A DNA stretch of 49,566 bases from Candidatus Micrarchaeota archaeon (GTDB taxonomy: Archaea; Micrarchaeota; Micrarchaeia; Burarchaeales; Fermentimicrarchaeaceae), in NCBI GenBank assembly GCA_013425405.1, contig JACCLF010000023.1:1-49566 (forward strand), given 5' to 3'. Below the pieces are notes generated by a model. It was not told the origin of the DNA. It did not search any database and worked only from the letters and a program-made list of their open reading frames with translations. How positions within the stretch are numbered: position 1 is the stretch's first letter; the number at the start of each line of letters is the position of its first letter. Shown in pieces: positions 18,444 to 26,856 of the stretch. The translations under genes were made by a program, and so were the position numbers.

Positions 18444-19634
18444 ATGAAGAGGATATATCTGGATCATTCCGCGACAAGTCCTCTTGACAAGGAGGTTTTT
18501 GAGCAGATGAGGCCCTACTTCAGCTCAAAGTTTGGCAACGCATCCAGCCTGCATTCATTTGGGAGAGAGGCATATGAGGCTGTTGAGAATGCAAGGGAGA
18601 AAATTGCCAAGGTTCTGAACTGCAAACCGACAGAAGTTTTCTTCACTTCTGGGGGGACAGAGGCAGACAACTGGGCGCTGAAGGGAGTTGCACTTGCAAA
18701 GAAGGATGGCAGGCACATCATCACAAGCCCCATAGAGCACCACGCTGTGTTGCATACCTGCCAGTACCTTGAAAAGAACGGCTACAGGGTGACATATCTT
18801 CCTGTTGATAAATACGGTTTCGTGAAGCCAGCCGATGTTGAGGATGCAATAAGGAAGGACACCATTCTCATATCTGTCATGCACGCAAACAACGAGATAG
18901 GAACTATTGAGCCCATTGAGGAAATCGGCAGAATTGCCAAGGAAAAAGAAGTGTATTTCCACAGCGACGGGGTGCAGAGCTTCTGCAAGATTCCAACAGA
19001 CGTGAATAAGCTAAACGTCGACATGTTCTCAATTTCAGCACACAAGTTCTACGGCCCCAAGGGCATTGGCGCTCTCTATATACAGGAGGGCACAAAAATA
19101 GAGCCCCTGCTTCACGGGGGCGGGCATGAAAGGGGGATGCGCTCCGGCACTGAGAATGTGCCAGGCATAGTCGGGTTTGGTGCAGCTTCAGAGCTGGGCC
19201 TGAAGAGGATGGGGAAAGATTCTGAGAAGATGATTTCATTGAGGGACAGGCTCATAAGAGAGACTCTGAAGATAAAAGATTCCTGGCTCAACGGGCACCC
19301 TGTGAAAAGGCTCCCGAACAACGCTCACTTCTGCTTTGGATTGATTGAGGGGGAGTCGCTCATACTTTATTTGGATGAGAGAGGAATAGCTGCATCAACC
19401 GGCTCTGCATGCTCTTCGAAGTCATTGGAACCGAGCCACGTTCTTCTTAGAATTGGCCTGAAGCATGAGGAGGCGCACGGCTCCCTAAGAATTACACTGG
19501 GAAGGGAGAACACAAAGGAAGAAATAGAGTATGTGGTAAAGGTTCTACCGGGAGTTGTTAAGAAGCTGAGGGCAATCTCTCCATTCAAGAGCAGGAAGGA
19601 GCTGTCCTCGTTCAAATCCACGGAGGAGGATTGA
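18444..19634 (+). CDS. iscS: Cysteine desulfurase IscS/NifS
   Basis: YLDHSAT, TSGGTE, IEHHAV, SAHKFYGPKG, RSGTEN, STGSACSS. Confidence 0.95.
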   Translation: MKRIYLDHSATSPLDKEVFEQMRPYFSSKFGNASSLHSFGREAYEAVENAREKIAKVLNCKPTEVFFTSGGTEADNWALKGVALAKKDGRHIITSPIEHHAVLHTCQYLEKNGYRVTYLPVDKYGFVKPADVEDAIRKDTILISVMHANNEIGTIEPIEEIGRIAKEKEVYFHSDGVQSFCKIPTDVNKLNVDMFSISAHKFYGPKGIGALYIQEGTKIEPLLHGGGHERGMRSGTENVPGIVGFGAASELGLKRMGKDSEKMISLRDRLIRETLKIKDSWLNGHPVKRLPNNAHFCFGLIEGESLILYLDERGIAASTGSACSSKSLEPSHVLLRIGLKHEEAHGSLRITLGRENTKEEIEYVVKVLPGVVKKLRAISPFKSRKELSSFKSTEED

Positions 19635-20015
19635 ATGTATTCCGAGAAACTCATGAAGCTTTTTAGGAAGCCGCACAACTTCGGCAAGATAAAGAATCCA
19701 GATGCGGTGGGAAAGGTCGGGAACCCTCTGTGTGGTGATGTAATGTATTTATACCTGAAAATTAAGGACAACAGGATAAAGGATGTGAAGTTTGAAACCT
19801 TCGGCTGCGCGGCTGCAATCGGCACCAGCAGCATCATCACGGACATGATTAAGGGGAAGACAATTGAGGAAGCCCTCAAAGTGAGCAAAGACGACATTGC
19901 GAAGGAGATCGGGGGCCTGCCTCCGATAAAGATGCACTGCTCTGTGCTGGCAACTGAGGCGTTGAAAAAGGCGGTTGAGGATTACAGGATGAAGCAGAGG
20001 GGAAAGAAGAAATAG
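19635..20015 (+). CDS. iscU: Fe-S scaffold IscU/NifU
   Basis: GNPLCGD, FGCAAA, LPPIKMHCS. Confidence 0.95.
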   Translation: MYSEKLMKLFRKPHNFGKIKNPDAVGKVGNPLCGDVMYLYLKIKDNRIKDVKFETFGCAAAIGTSSIITDMIKGKTIEEALKVSKDDIAKEIGGLPPIKMHCSVLATEALKKAVEDYRMKQRGKKK

Positions 20016-20167
20016 ATCACAGGTAAATCCGCAGAAAGCCTAGCAAAATCCGGTTTTTCAGGTGTTTTAAATTACTACTGGAGATACCCGGCTTGCGGAA
20101 TAATGGCACCAGTGTGGACAGGACATTTATTTAAATACAGAAAATGAGCAATTCTAGTGGTGGGATT

Positions 20168-20929
20168 ATGGCCAATAAAGCAGACGAGTTCATTAAGGAA
20201 TTGGAAGCAGGCGATGTCTTTTATTATGAAATGCCACCGAAAGAAAGAAAGAAAATCCTGGAATTGTTAACTTCGCCGGAAAACAAAAAGAAAGCCCTCG
20301 ATTCGCTGGTTGCTGCAGCTAAGGGCAAGCCTATTACTGCAAGAGAAGCGGCTGCAGATTTGATTGATGCAATTAGGGATGAGGGTGCAATAAAAGAAGT
20401 CGCAAAGTTCTGGATGCCATTTCTTGACACCGAGTATGGTGAAAAAGTGACTGGTGATTATCCGTTTTCTCAGTATGAGAGATTTAACAGAAGACAGGCA
20501 GTGGAAATCTTCGAGAGGATGAGGTGGCCACCTGCCGCAGACCATGAAGCCCTGCTTATTAAAAATGGGGGATTGAAAGACCTTGACTTCATCCAAGTCG
20601 GAGCTATCTTTAATGTAATAGAAAAATGCGGCAGCGAAAAGCATGAGGATGTTGTCCTAAAGGCAACAAAAGAGGCCATAGCGGCAAACGATGATGTGAA
20701 TCTCTCCTTTGGTACACTAAGGGCGATTGGGACTGGAAAGTCAAAAGCGGTGCTGAATGAATTCATAGACAAAAACAAAAACAACCAGGATCCGTATGTT
20801 AGAGTATACGTTGAGGAGGCCCGCGAAGCAGTAAAGAAGATTGAAAGTAGAATTGGGGTTTCTGCAAAGCCAGCCGAGAAGACGCTCAAGGATGCAATGA
20901 AAAGGGGAGAGAAAAAGGTGCCTGCTTAA
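20168..20929 (+). CDS. Hypothetical helical (HEAT-like) protein
   Basis: Long ORF; AREAAADLI, TLRAIG, DPYVRVYVEEA resemble HEAT-repeat helices. Confidence 0.65.
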   Translation: MANKADEFIKELEAGDVFYYEMPPKERKKILELLTSPENKKKALDSLVAAAKGKPITAREAAADLIDAIRDEGAIKEVAKFWMPFLDTEYGEKVTGDYPFSQYERFNRRQAVEIFERMRWPPAADHEALLIKNGGLKDLDFIQVGAIFNVIEKCGSEKHEDVVLKATKEAIAANDDVNLSFGTLRAIGTGKSKAVLNEFIDKNKNNQDPYVRVYVEEAREAVKKIESRIGVSAKPAEKTLKDAMKRGEKKVPA

Positions 20930-20974
20930 ACTGATTTAAAGACCAGTTTCACTCGGGTATGATTTACGTAATCG

Positions 20975-21019
20975 TCATATCCTTTCATACCCCACTCCGA
21001 GCTCCTTCAGAAACCCAAT
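20975..21019 (-). pseudogene. Stranded alternative 3' end of dtdA (IGFLKELGVGYERI*)
   Basis: Aligns without gaps to the dtdA terminus IGFLKETSLDYRKI* (21588-21632). Confidence 0.7.
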
Positions 21020-21030
21020 TTTACTTTGAT

Positions 21031-21552
21031 TTATGTTACCAATACTATTTTCTTTGCGGTGGCCAATGGTGGAACTTTCGCGACTATTTGATCATAATCT
21101 AGTTCAGATGTGCAATTGGCTCCCAGTATTTCTTCAATCTGAGCGCAGTCGTAGACTGTAAGCTCGTAGATGTAGGTTCCTGGAGTTGTGAAGTTTCCTG
21201 GCACGCAAAACGCACCTCTCTCTGTTATTTCGCACGGCACGAAATAACCACCCGTAGTACTGCCAGCTAATTGAGTACCAATTGATGTACTTTTGCAATC
21301 CGTTTTATAACCTTCCCTTCTGCAAATCATCACTTTATAGGCTTTGAAAGGAGAGCCGTAGTTTTCAACTATGTATTTTGCTTTAAGGATTTCACCAACA
21401 GTGAAAGATTTTTTTGTGATATTTATAGTTAAATTAAGTCTAGTTGTGATTCCTTGCTTCGTCACATTTTCCTCTGGTTTTTCAGATTGCTGGACACAAC
21501 CACTAAATAACAAAATAGTTATAATTAGAATGACTTTAGATGTAAGTTTCAT
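21031..21552 (-). CDS. Hypothetical lipoprotein-like exported protein, AT-rich
   Basis: LLFSGC signal; beta-rich Ig-like body with paired Cys. Confidence 0.7.
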   Translation of the reverse strand: MKLTSKVILIITILLFSGCVQQSEKPEENVTKQGITTRLNLTINITKKSFTVGEILKAKYIVENYGSPFKAYKVMICRREGYKTDCKSTSIGTQLAGSTTGGYFVPCEITERGAFCVPGNFTTPGTYIYELTVYDCAQIEEILGANCTSELDYDQIVAKVPPLATAKKIVLVT

Positions 21553-21587
21553 GTCCCTGATTTATAATTTTTGGTTTATAATTGTTG

Positions 21588-22361
21588 TTATATCTTTCTG
21601 TAATCTAGACTCGTCTCTTTCAAGAAACCAATAATCTTCTCCCTCTGCTGCTTGTTCATCCCCTTCCAGTCCAGCAGGGCAATTTCTATTTTCTCCGCAG
21701 ACTTCTCTACTCCCTGCCTGAAGCACTCAAAATCAATCTCATCAATGTAATACTTCGGGAGCATATGCCCCACTGCATACCTGCCTTCGAGAATCGCTTT
21801 TGTGAATGAAGGTGCATAGTGCCCCCCGCCGATGCCGAAAGCAGCAGGAAAAGTTTCCTTTGACTCAAGTATTTTCATCACGGAGCGCGCGACTATTTCT
21901 GCAGCCCTTTCATTCTTCCACTCCTTTTCAGAGCTGCCTATCTCCACGAAAATTGAGGGTGCATTTGTCAAGGGGCCATGGTGGTCAACTTCTGCACACA
22001 CCTGCCAGCCCAGATCATTCAATGAATTCATCTCCTTCAGCACAACTTTCAGTTTGCTGGGCCAGCAGATGCACAGTGTTTTTGGTTTTCCCCCAAGCTC
22101 CGCCTTCCCCCAGTTGCCCTGCGTGTGCGCAGTGAGGCACGACTTCCCAGTCTCGCTCCTGTGCTTGCTTATGAAAACAAGAAAGTCCGTCTCCTTGTCA
22201 TAAAGATGCTCTGCATCGACAATCTTTGTTTCAACCTGAATAAGCTCCAGCTCTCCTTTCACCCATTTATCTCCTTTCTTCTCAAAGCCGAACAACTTTA
22301 TCAGCTTGTCCGCTATATTTTTACCAGCCACATCCAGTGACGAGAAAACAATTATTGGCAT
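21588..22361 (-). CDS. dtdA: D-aminoacyl-tRNA deacylase (DTD2/DtdA)
   Basis: SKHRS, LTAH..GN, EVDHHGP, FVEIGS, GIGGGHYAP, LDWKG. Confidence 0.92.
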   Translation of the reverse strand: MPIIVFSSLDVAGKNIADKLIKLFGFEKKGDKWVKGELELIQVETKIVDAEHLYDKETDFLVFISKHRSETGKSCLTAHTQGNWGKAELGGKPKTLCICWPSKLKVVLKEMNSLNDLGWQVCAEVDHHGPLTNAPSIFVEIGSSEKEWKNERAAEIVARSVMKILESKETFPAAFGIGGGHYAPSFTKAILEGRYAVGHMLPKYYIDEIDFECFRQGVEKSAEKIEIALLDWKGMNKQQREKIIGFLKETSLDYRKI

Positions 22362-22483
22362 TCAAACTCACACCACATAGGCAAATTTTTTCTTGTTGTA
22401 CTCTTCCAGCCTTTCGCTTCCGCAATTGCCCGAGGGATTGTTACAAGCAGTTGCCCGGTCTTGAGCTCCTGGATTTTCACCAT
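22352..22483 (-). pseudogene. Truncated AbrB/MazE-like gene
   Basis: MVKIQELKTGQLLVTIPRAIAEAKGWK, after which similarity to the 23196-23366 paralog breaks off. Confidence 0.6.
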
Positions 22484-22540
22484 AATACCACAACCTATAA
22501 AAAGAATAATGAGATTAATAATAACTAAGGATTCGGAAAC
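22474..22540 (+). repeat. Leader repeat, copy 1 (direct repeat of ~23357-23423)
   Basis: TTTTCACCATAATACCACAACCTATAAAAAGAATAATGA shared, followed by similar sequence to TCGGAAA. Confidence 0.85.
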
Positions 22541-22703
22541 TCCGAATATTCATTACGCAATAACATTTTCTTGGGCTTTGTAGCTTCGGAGCTACTATAA
22601 TGCTATATAGAACTAGGAAGCTGATAAATTCTGCTGATGCTGTTTATATTTACTTCTAAACTTTCAATCGATTACTTCCTGCAGCTCGCCGTAAAATCAT
22701 GGG

Positions 22704-23156
22704 CTAGGGCTGGCAGGTTCCAACCAACGGTTTTTCACCACTGAGGACGGAGATAGTTCTGTAGGTTACATCCTTGTACGTTATCACAGTCGTCAGTACG
22801 TATGACTGGCCAGGTGTGCAACTCGGCACGTTTGTCAGGGTTATATTGGTTGAAGAGGCTGGAGACAGCAGAGTTGGAGTGCTGAATACCTCGGTACCGC
22901 CAAATTTTATGCTTGTGACGTTTAGCGGGACTACTCTATTGTTCCTTATGACCAACACGCTAGTGCCTGGCGTGGCGGATATGAAATACCATACTATGCC
23001 GATATCAGCACTAGTCCAGTAGCTTGCCGAATCCCGCTCAGTCACACCTCTCGTCATGCCTGGGAATCCACCAATGACGCTTATGACTATGAGAGCGATT
23101 ATGATGACCGCTGCCAATATGACCAGATACTCAATTGCGGACTGTCCTTTTCTCAT
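22704..23156 (-). CDS. Archaeal type IV pilin-like protein with class III signal peptide
   Basis: MRKG|QSAIEYL followed by a hydrophobic helix. Confidence 0.85.
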   Translation of the reverse strand: MRKGQSAIEYLVILAAVIIIALIVISVIGGFPGMTRGVTERDSASYWTSADIGIVWYFISATPGTSVLVIRNNRVVPLNVTSIKFGGTEVFSTPTLLSPASSTNITLTNVPSCTPGQSYVLTTVITYKDVTYRTISVLSGEKPLVGTCQP

Positions 23157-23195
23157 TCAAACCACCTTATTATATGTTTAATATTCCGGGGTATA

Positions 23196-23366
23196 TTAAC
23201 CTTTCTTTGGTCTCAGAAGCAGATTCCCCAAGTTATCAATCACATACTCAAGTTCCATGCCTTTCTTGAATCCCTTTGCTTGCGCTATTGCTGAGGGGAG
23301 GGTTATGAAAAGCTGGTTTTTTGTTTGCTGTATTTTCACCATTTTTGTTTGCTGTATTTTCACCAT
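23196..23366 (-). CDS. AbrB/MazE/SpoVT-like DNA-binding protein (56 aa, absent from ORF track)
   Basis: MVKIQQTKMVKIQQTKNQLFITLPSAIAQAKGFKKGMELEYVIDNLGNLLLRPKKG; 24-nt tandem duplication at the start. Confidence 0.75.
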   Translation of the reverse strand: MVKIQQTKMVKIQQTKNQLFITLPSAIAQAKGFKKGMELEYVIDNLGNLLLRPKKG

Positions 23367-23423
23367 AATACCACAACCTATAAAAAGAATAATGAAATTA
23401 ATAATAATTAGGGAATCGGAAAT
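23357..23423 (+). repeat. Leader repeat, copy 2
   Basis: Near-identical to 22474-22540. Confidence 0.85.
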
Positions 23424-23452
23424 ACAATCAACCCGAGTAAGATTTACATTCT

Positions 23453-25090
23453 TTAAATTTTCCTTATTGTGAGATTGCCAACTACAACTTTTGACTCACT
23501 GCTTCCTTGAATTGAGTAGTTGAGATAGAGTTTCGTATCAAAGTATGTGTAAGTCACCTGCACGGTTCCGCCTGCCTCGTCATAGCATGGCGAAGTCAGC
23601 ATCATAGACGAGTTTGACTGCAGTATTATTGGCTGGGCCAGCTGGAAGGATGCTTTTGAGGCGTTTGCTTGGGAGGAGCATCCAAACCCATTCAGCACAA
23701 CATTCTTGCCGGTATTCTGCGTGAGGTTGAGCTGCAGTGTTGCATTGCTGAGATCGTATGAGAGGCAGCCGAAGTTGTCCGGCAGCTCGCATCTCTGCTG
23801 GTGCAGCAGGCTGAGAATGCTCACCCACATCCTCTCCTCCCCGGAGTAGTTGAGAGAGTAGCACAAGTCGAGAGCCTTCTCCTCAACGCCTATTGTCAGC
23901 CCCCCAGTTTTTGGGGTTGAGAGGCATGCGATGGCGTAGTTTCCAACTTTTCTCTGCACTGCCGCCCAGGTTGAGTTGATTGGAGGCGCCTCGCAAGTCT
24001 GCATTGAACTCCGGTTGAGTATTCTTCCGAAGCAGGTATTGTTGCGCGGCGTGTACTGCTCTTTTGTGGTGTAGAACACATAGAACCCTTCCACATCATC
24101 AAATGCAGCTCCGTAATCGGACTTGCTTGTGTTTGTGAGGTTTGCGATGTGGAGAGTTGCCCCGAGAAGAGTTGAGTTGAATGGAGGTGTTCTTGCGAAC
24201 TCGTTTCCGATGCTGAGGGGCTCCTCTGCGTAGGATGGATCATACTTTCCAAACGTGTCATAGCACGTATCGAGAGTTATTGCGTCTATATAGGAAGTCA
24301 GCTTCAGCCAGCCGTTCTCCCTCCAGATGCACACAGGGGCAGGCAGTCCGTCACTGTTTATTATATAAACCAGAGTACGATTTATTGTTTTATTCTGCAC
24401 AGTAGAGTCCTGGTCGGTTTCCAGCTTTGTAAGACCTGCAAGCGCTCCGGACATCTGCTCAACAGATACCGGGCCCTTGATGAAAATAACTACTGCATTG
24501 CGCCCATTTGCATAATCCAAAGTCCCTATATGCACTTCTTTTAAATTCCTCAGGTAAGGCCTTAGGAAAGCAGCATACGTTGGGTTTAAAATATCCGGCA
24601 TCGTCGGCAGGTATGTATATAGAGAACTTATGCCCTTGTTTGTTGCATTTATTATGGCGACATTCTGCAATTTTCCCGCAGGAACTGCTGAGAATATGCT
24701 CTCCTCCACAGCTGGGAGAACTGAGATGCGAATCCTGCTCTCCTTATCCGCCGATGCATCCGATACAAGATTGCCCGAATCGACTCTTGCGATAACGTCA
24801 TAATCTCCTCCCGAGTAGGGGAACCATGAGATGGAAATTGTCTGGTTTGAGTTTGGCTGCAGTGTCAGGACATCAGTTTTCAGTGAAACATTTCCGACGA
24901 GTACTTCCACCCTGAACTCCTTTGCCTCAACTGAAGCTGTGTTCGCAACGTTAACGCTGAGCGTCACCTCATCACCCTCATGAAGCTGGATAGATGAGGC
25001 CGGAAGAAATGATATGGAAAGATGCGACTTGCTGCCCGTGCAGCCGAAAAGCAACAGCAGCAGTATGAGTGGAATGAAATACCTCTTCAT
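23453..25090 (-). CDS. Exported lipoprotein-like protein with CARDB-like Ig domain and C-terminal pilin-like domain
   Basis: LLFGC signal; VTLSVNVAN...YDVIARVDSGN; C-terminal CELPDNFGC...LTQNTG...GFGCS. Confidence 0.7.
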   Translation of the reverse strand: MKRYFIPLILLLLLFGCTGSKSHLSISFLPASSIQLHEGDEVTLSVNVANTASVEAKEFRVEVLVGNVSLKTDVLTLQPNSNQTISISWFPYSGGDYDVIARVDSGNLVSDASADKESRIRISVLPAVEESIFSAVPAGKLQNVAIINATNKGISSLYTYLPTMPDILNPTYAAFLRPYLRNLKEVHIGTLDYANGRNAVVIFIKGPVSVEQMSGALAGLTKLETDQDSTVQNKTINRTLVYIINSDGLPAPVCIWRENGWLKLTSYIDAITLDTCYDTFGKYDPSYAEEPLSIGNEFARTPPFNSTLLGATLHIANLTNTSKSDYGAAFDDVEGFYVFYTTKEQYTPRNNTCFGRILNRSSMQTCEAPPINSTWAAVQRKVGNYAIACLSTPKTGGLTIGVEEKALDLCYSLNYSGEERMWVSILSLLHQQRCELPDNFGCLSYDLSNATLQLNLTQNTGKNVVLNGFGCSSQANASKASFQLAQPIILQSNSSMMLTSPCYDEAGGTVQVTYTYFDTKLYLNYSIQGSSESKVVVGNLTIRKI

Positions 25091-25128
25091 GGTAGCACCT
25101 CACATTAGATTTGCAACAGAAATAATAA

Positions 25129-25605
25129 CTACTTTTGCCTGTGCATCTTCCGCAGGCTGTTCAGCGCCTCCTGTATTTTTGAGAAAGCCGCGTCAGACCT
25201 GCTCTTGTAGTTGTATTCAATGGAACTTGCCACATCACCTTTCTCTGAGTAGGGCGAAACTGAGAATGAGTATCTGCTCTTCTCCCTCCTCACCAAACCT
25301 GCATTCTTCAACTGGAGCAGGTGGTAGAGTATTGTTTTCTCGCTCACATTTGCACTCTCATTGCTCTTCCTCATCTGTTCGGCGAGCTCATGCACATCTG
25401 GGTCCCTGTTCTCGGAAAACTGGAAATAGAAAAGAGCCTCGAGCAAATCAAGGATGCTCTTCCTGCTCTCATTTGGAGAGATGAGCCCGAGTGCCAGGGC
25501 GAGCCATCTTACGAGGGACTTTTTCGTCATTCTCACCTCCTTGGTGAGCTGCATGTCCCTTATGACGAACTCTCTCTCAATCAATGCCGCTTCAGGAATC
25601 TGCAT
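25129..25605 (-). CDS. Winged-HTH (ArsR-like) regulator
   Basis: SEKTILYHLLQLKNAGLVRR. Confidence 0.7.
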   Translation of the reverse strand: MQIPEAALIEREFVIRDMQLTKEVRMTKKSLVRWLALALGLISPNESRKSILDLLEALFYFQFSENRDPDVHELAEQMRKSNESANVSEKTILYHLLQLKNAGLVRREKSRYSFSVSPYSEKGDVASSIEYNYKSRSDAAFSKIQEALNSLRKMHRQK

Positions 25606-25682
25606 ATTCTCACTTTAAGTTTGAGTGCAACGCTTATATTTAAATAGCGGAGAGTAAATTATAATTTGTTCGGGGTGATTTA

Positions 25683-26384
25683 ATGGAAGATAGAGTTATG
25701 ACGGGCATACCGGGTCTTGATGGGCTCATAGAAGGCGGCTTCAGGAGAGGCCAGGTAATAAGCGTCAGCGGAACAAGCGGCTCTGGCAAAACAACTTTTG
25801 CCGTCCAATTCCTAGTCAACGGAGCGATAATGTATAACGAACCGGGCTTGTACATAACTCTCGGTGAGCAGAAGAAGCAGATTTTCGCAAACATGCTGAG
25901 GTACGGCTGGGATTTGAAGAAGCTTGAGGAGGATAAGAAAATTCTGTTTGTGGAGTACCCTCCCTACGAGATTGAGGTCTTTCTCTCCCAGGAAGTTGTG
26001 ATACGAGACTCCGTGGAGATGGTGGGAGTTAAGAGGCTTGTCATAGATCCCGTGAGCTCACTACTCATGGGCTATGGGGACGAGCAGAAGAGGAGGGAGA
26101 GGCTTCTGAGGCTGCTGGAGAGGCTGAGGTCGCTTGGCTGCACTTCTCTCATGACTTCTGAGAGCGGCGGGATTGACGCCGAAGTTCCCCTGGGCAAGTT
26201 TGAAGTTGAGCTTTTCTCTGACGGAATTTTATACCTCTATAATATGAGGAAGGACCTAAAGGATACAAGGAGGCAGAGGGGGTTTGAGGTCATAAAATTA
26301 AGAGGAACAAAGCACGACAACAAAATATGCCCGATTGAATTCACAGACCATGGAATAGAAGTTTATCCAAACAAAGAATTTTGA
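25683..26384 (+). CDS. Single-domain KaiC/RAD55-like RecA-superfamily ATPase
   Basis: TGIPGLD, GTSGSGKT, LVIDP, TSE, VIKLRGTKH. Confidence 0.9.
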   Translation: MEDRVMTGIPGLDGLIEGGFRRGQVISVSGTSGSGKTTFAVQFLVNGAIMYNEPGLYITLGEQKKQIFANMLRYGWDLKKLEEDKKILFVEYPPYEIEVFLSQEVVIRDSVEMVGVKRLVIDPVSSLLMGYGDEQKRRERLLRLLERLRSLGCTSLMTSESGGIDAEVPLGKFEVELFSDGILYLYNMRKDLKDTRRQRGFEVIKLRGTKHDNKICPIEFTDHGIEVYPNKEF

Positions 26385-26396
26385 GAGTAGAGAAAC

Positions 26397-26762
26397 ATGG
26401 CAACATACCGGATTTCTACAAAGTTCTACCCTATAAGATTAAATGCATTCATGAGGAACGAGGTAGAACTAACTATAGAGATTGAGAACACCGGCAATGA
26501 GCCGCTCTGGACGCAGTGTGAGGTCGTGGTTCCCCCTACAGTGTCTCTTGCAGCAGACAAGGAAGTAGAGCGCGGCAGAATAAACGTCGGCATAATCAAC
26601 CCGAACGAGATAATGACGAAGAAATGCAAAATATTCGGGAGCGCGAAGAGCTACCCTGATTTGTACCAGATAAAGCTCACTGTATTCGGCTTTGGAAAGG
26701 ATGCTGCAATAGTTGCAAGGGAGGACAAGACTGCAGAGCTTCGATGTGAGAGGATAAGGTAG
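26397..26762 (+). CDS. Hypothetical Ig-like beta protein (paralog of 48949-49365)
   Basis: Shared FxPxRLNA...GxIxPxE...IxG...YxIxxT pattern. Confidence 0.7.
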   Translation: MATYRISTKFYPIRLNAFMRNEVELTIEIENTGNEPLWTQCEVVVPPTVSLAADKEVERGRINVGIINPNEIMTKKCKIFGSAKSYPDLYQIKLTVFGFGKDAAIVAREDKTAELRCERIR

Positions 26763-26856
26763 CTATTCCTTCTTCCTGTCCCTTCTTTTCAACTCCTCGC
26801 GGATTAATTTTAGCTTTCCCACTAAACATCCGCACGGGGAGCTTTTTAAATAAAAA

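Noticed and set aside
22474-23423. CRISPR array from the repeated leader
   Set aside because: Only two copies 883 bp apart, no regular spacers, no cas genes
25683-26384. Circadian clock KaiC or RadA/RadB
   Set aside because: Single domain, no kaiA/kaiB, and lacks the RadA N-terminal domain
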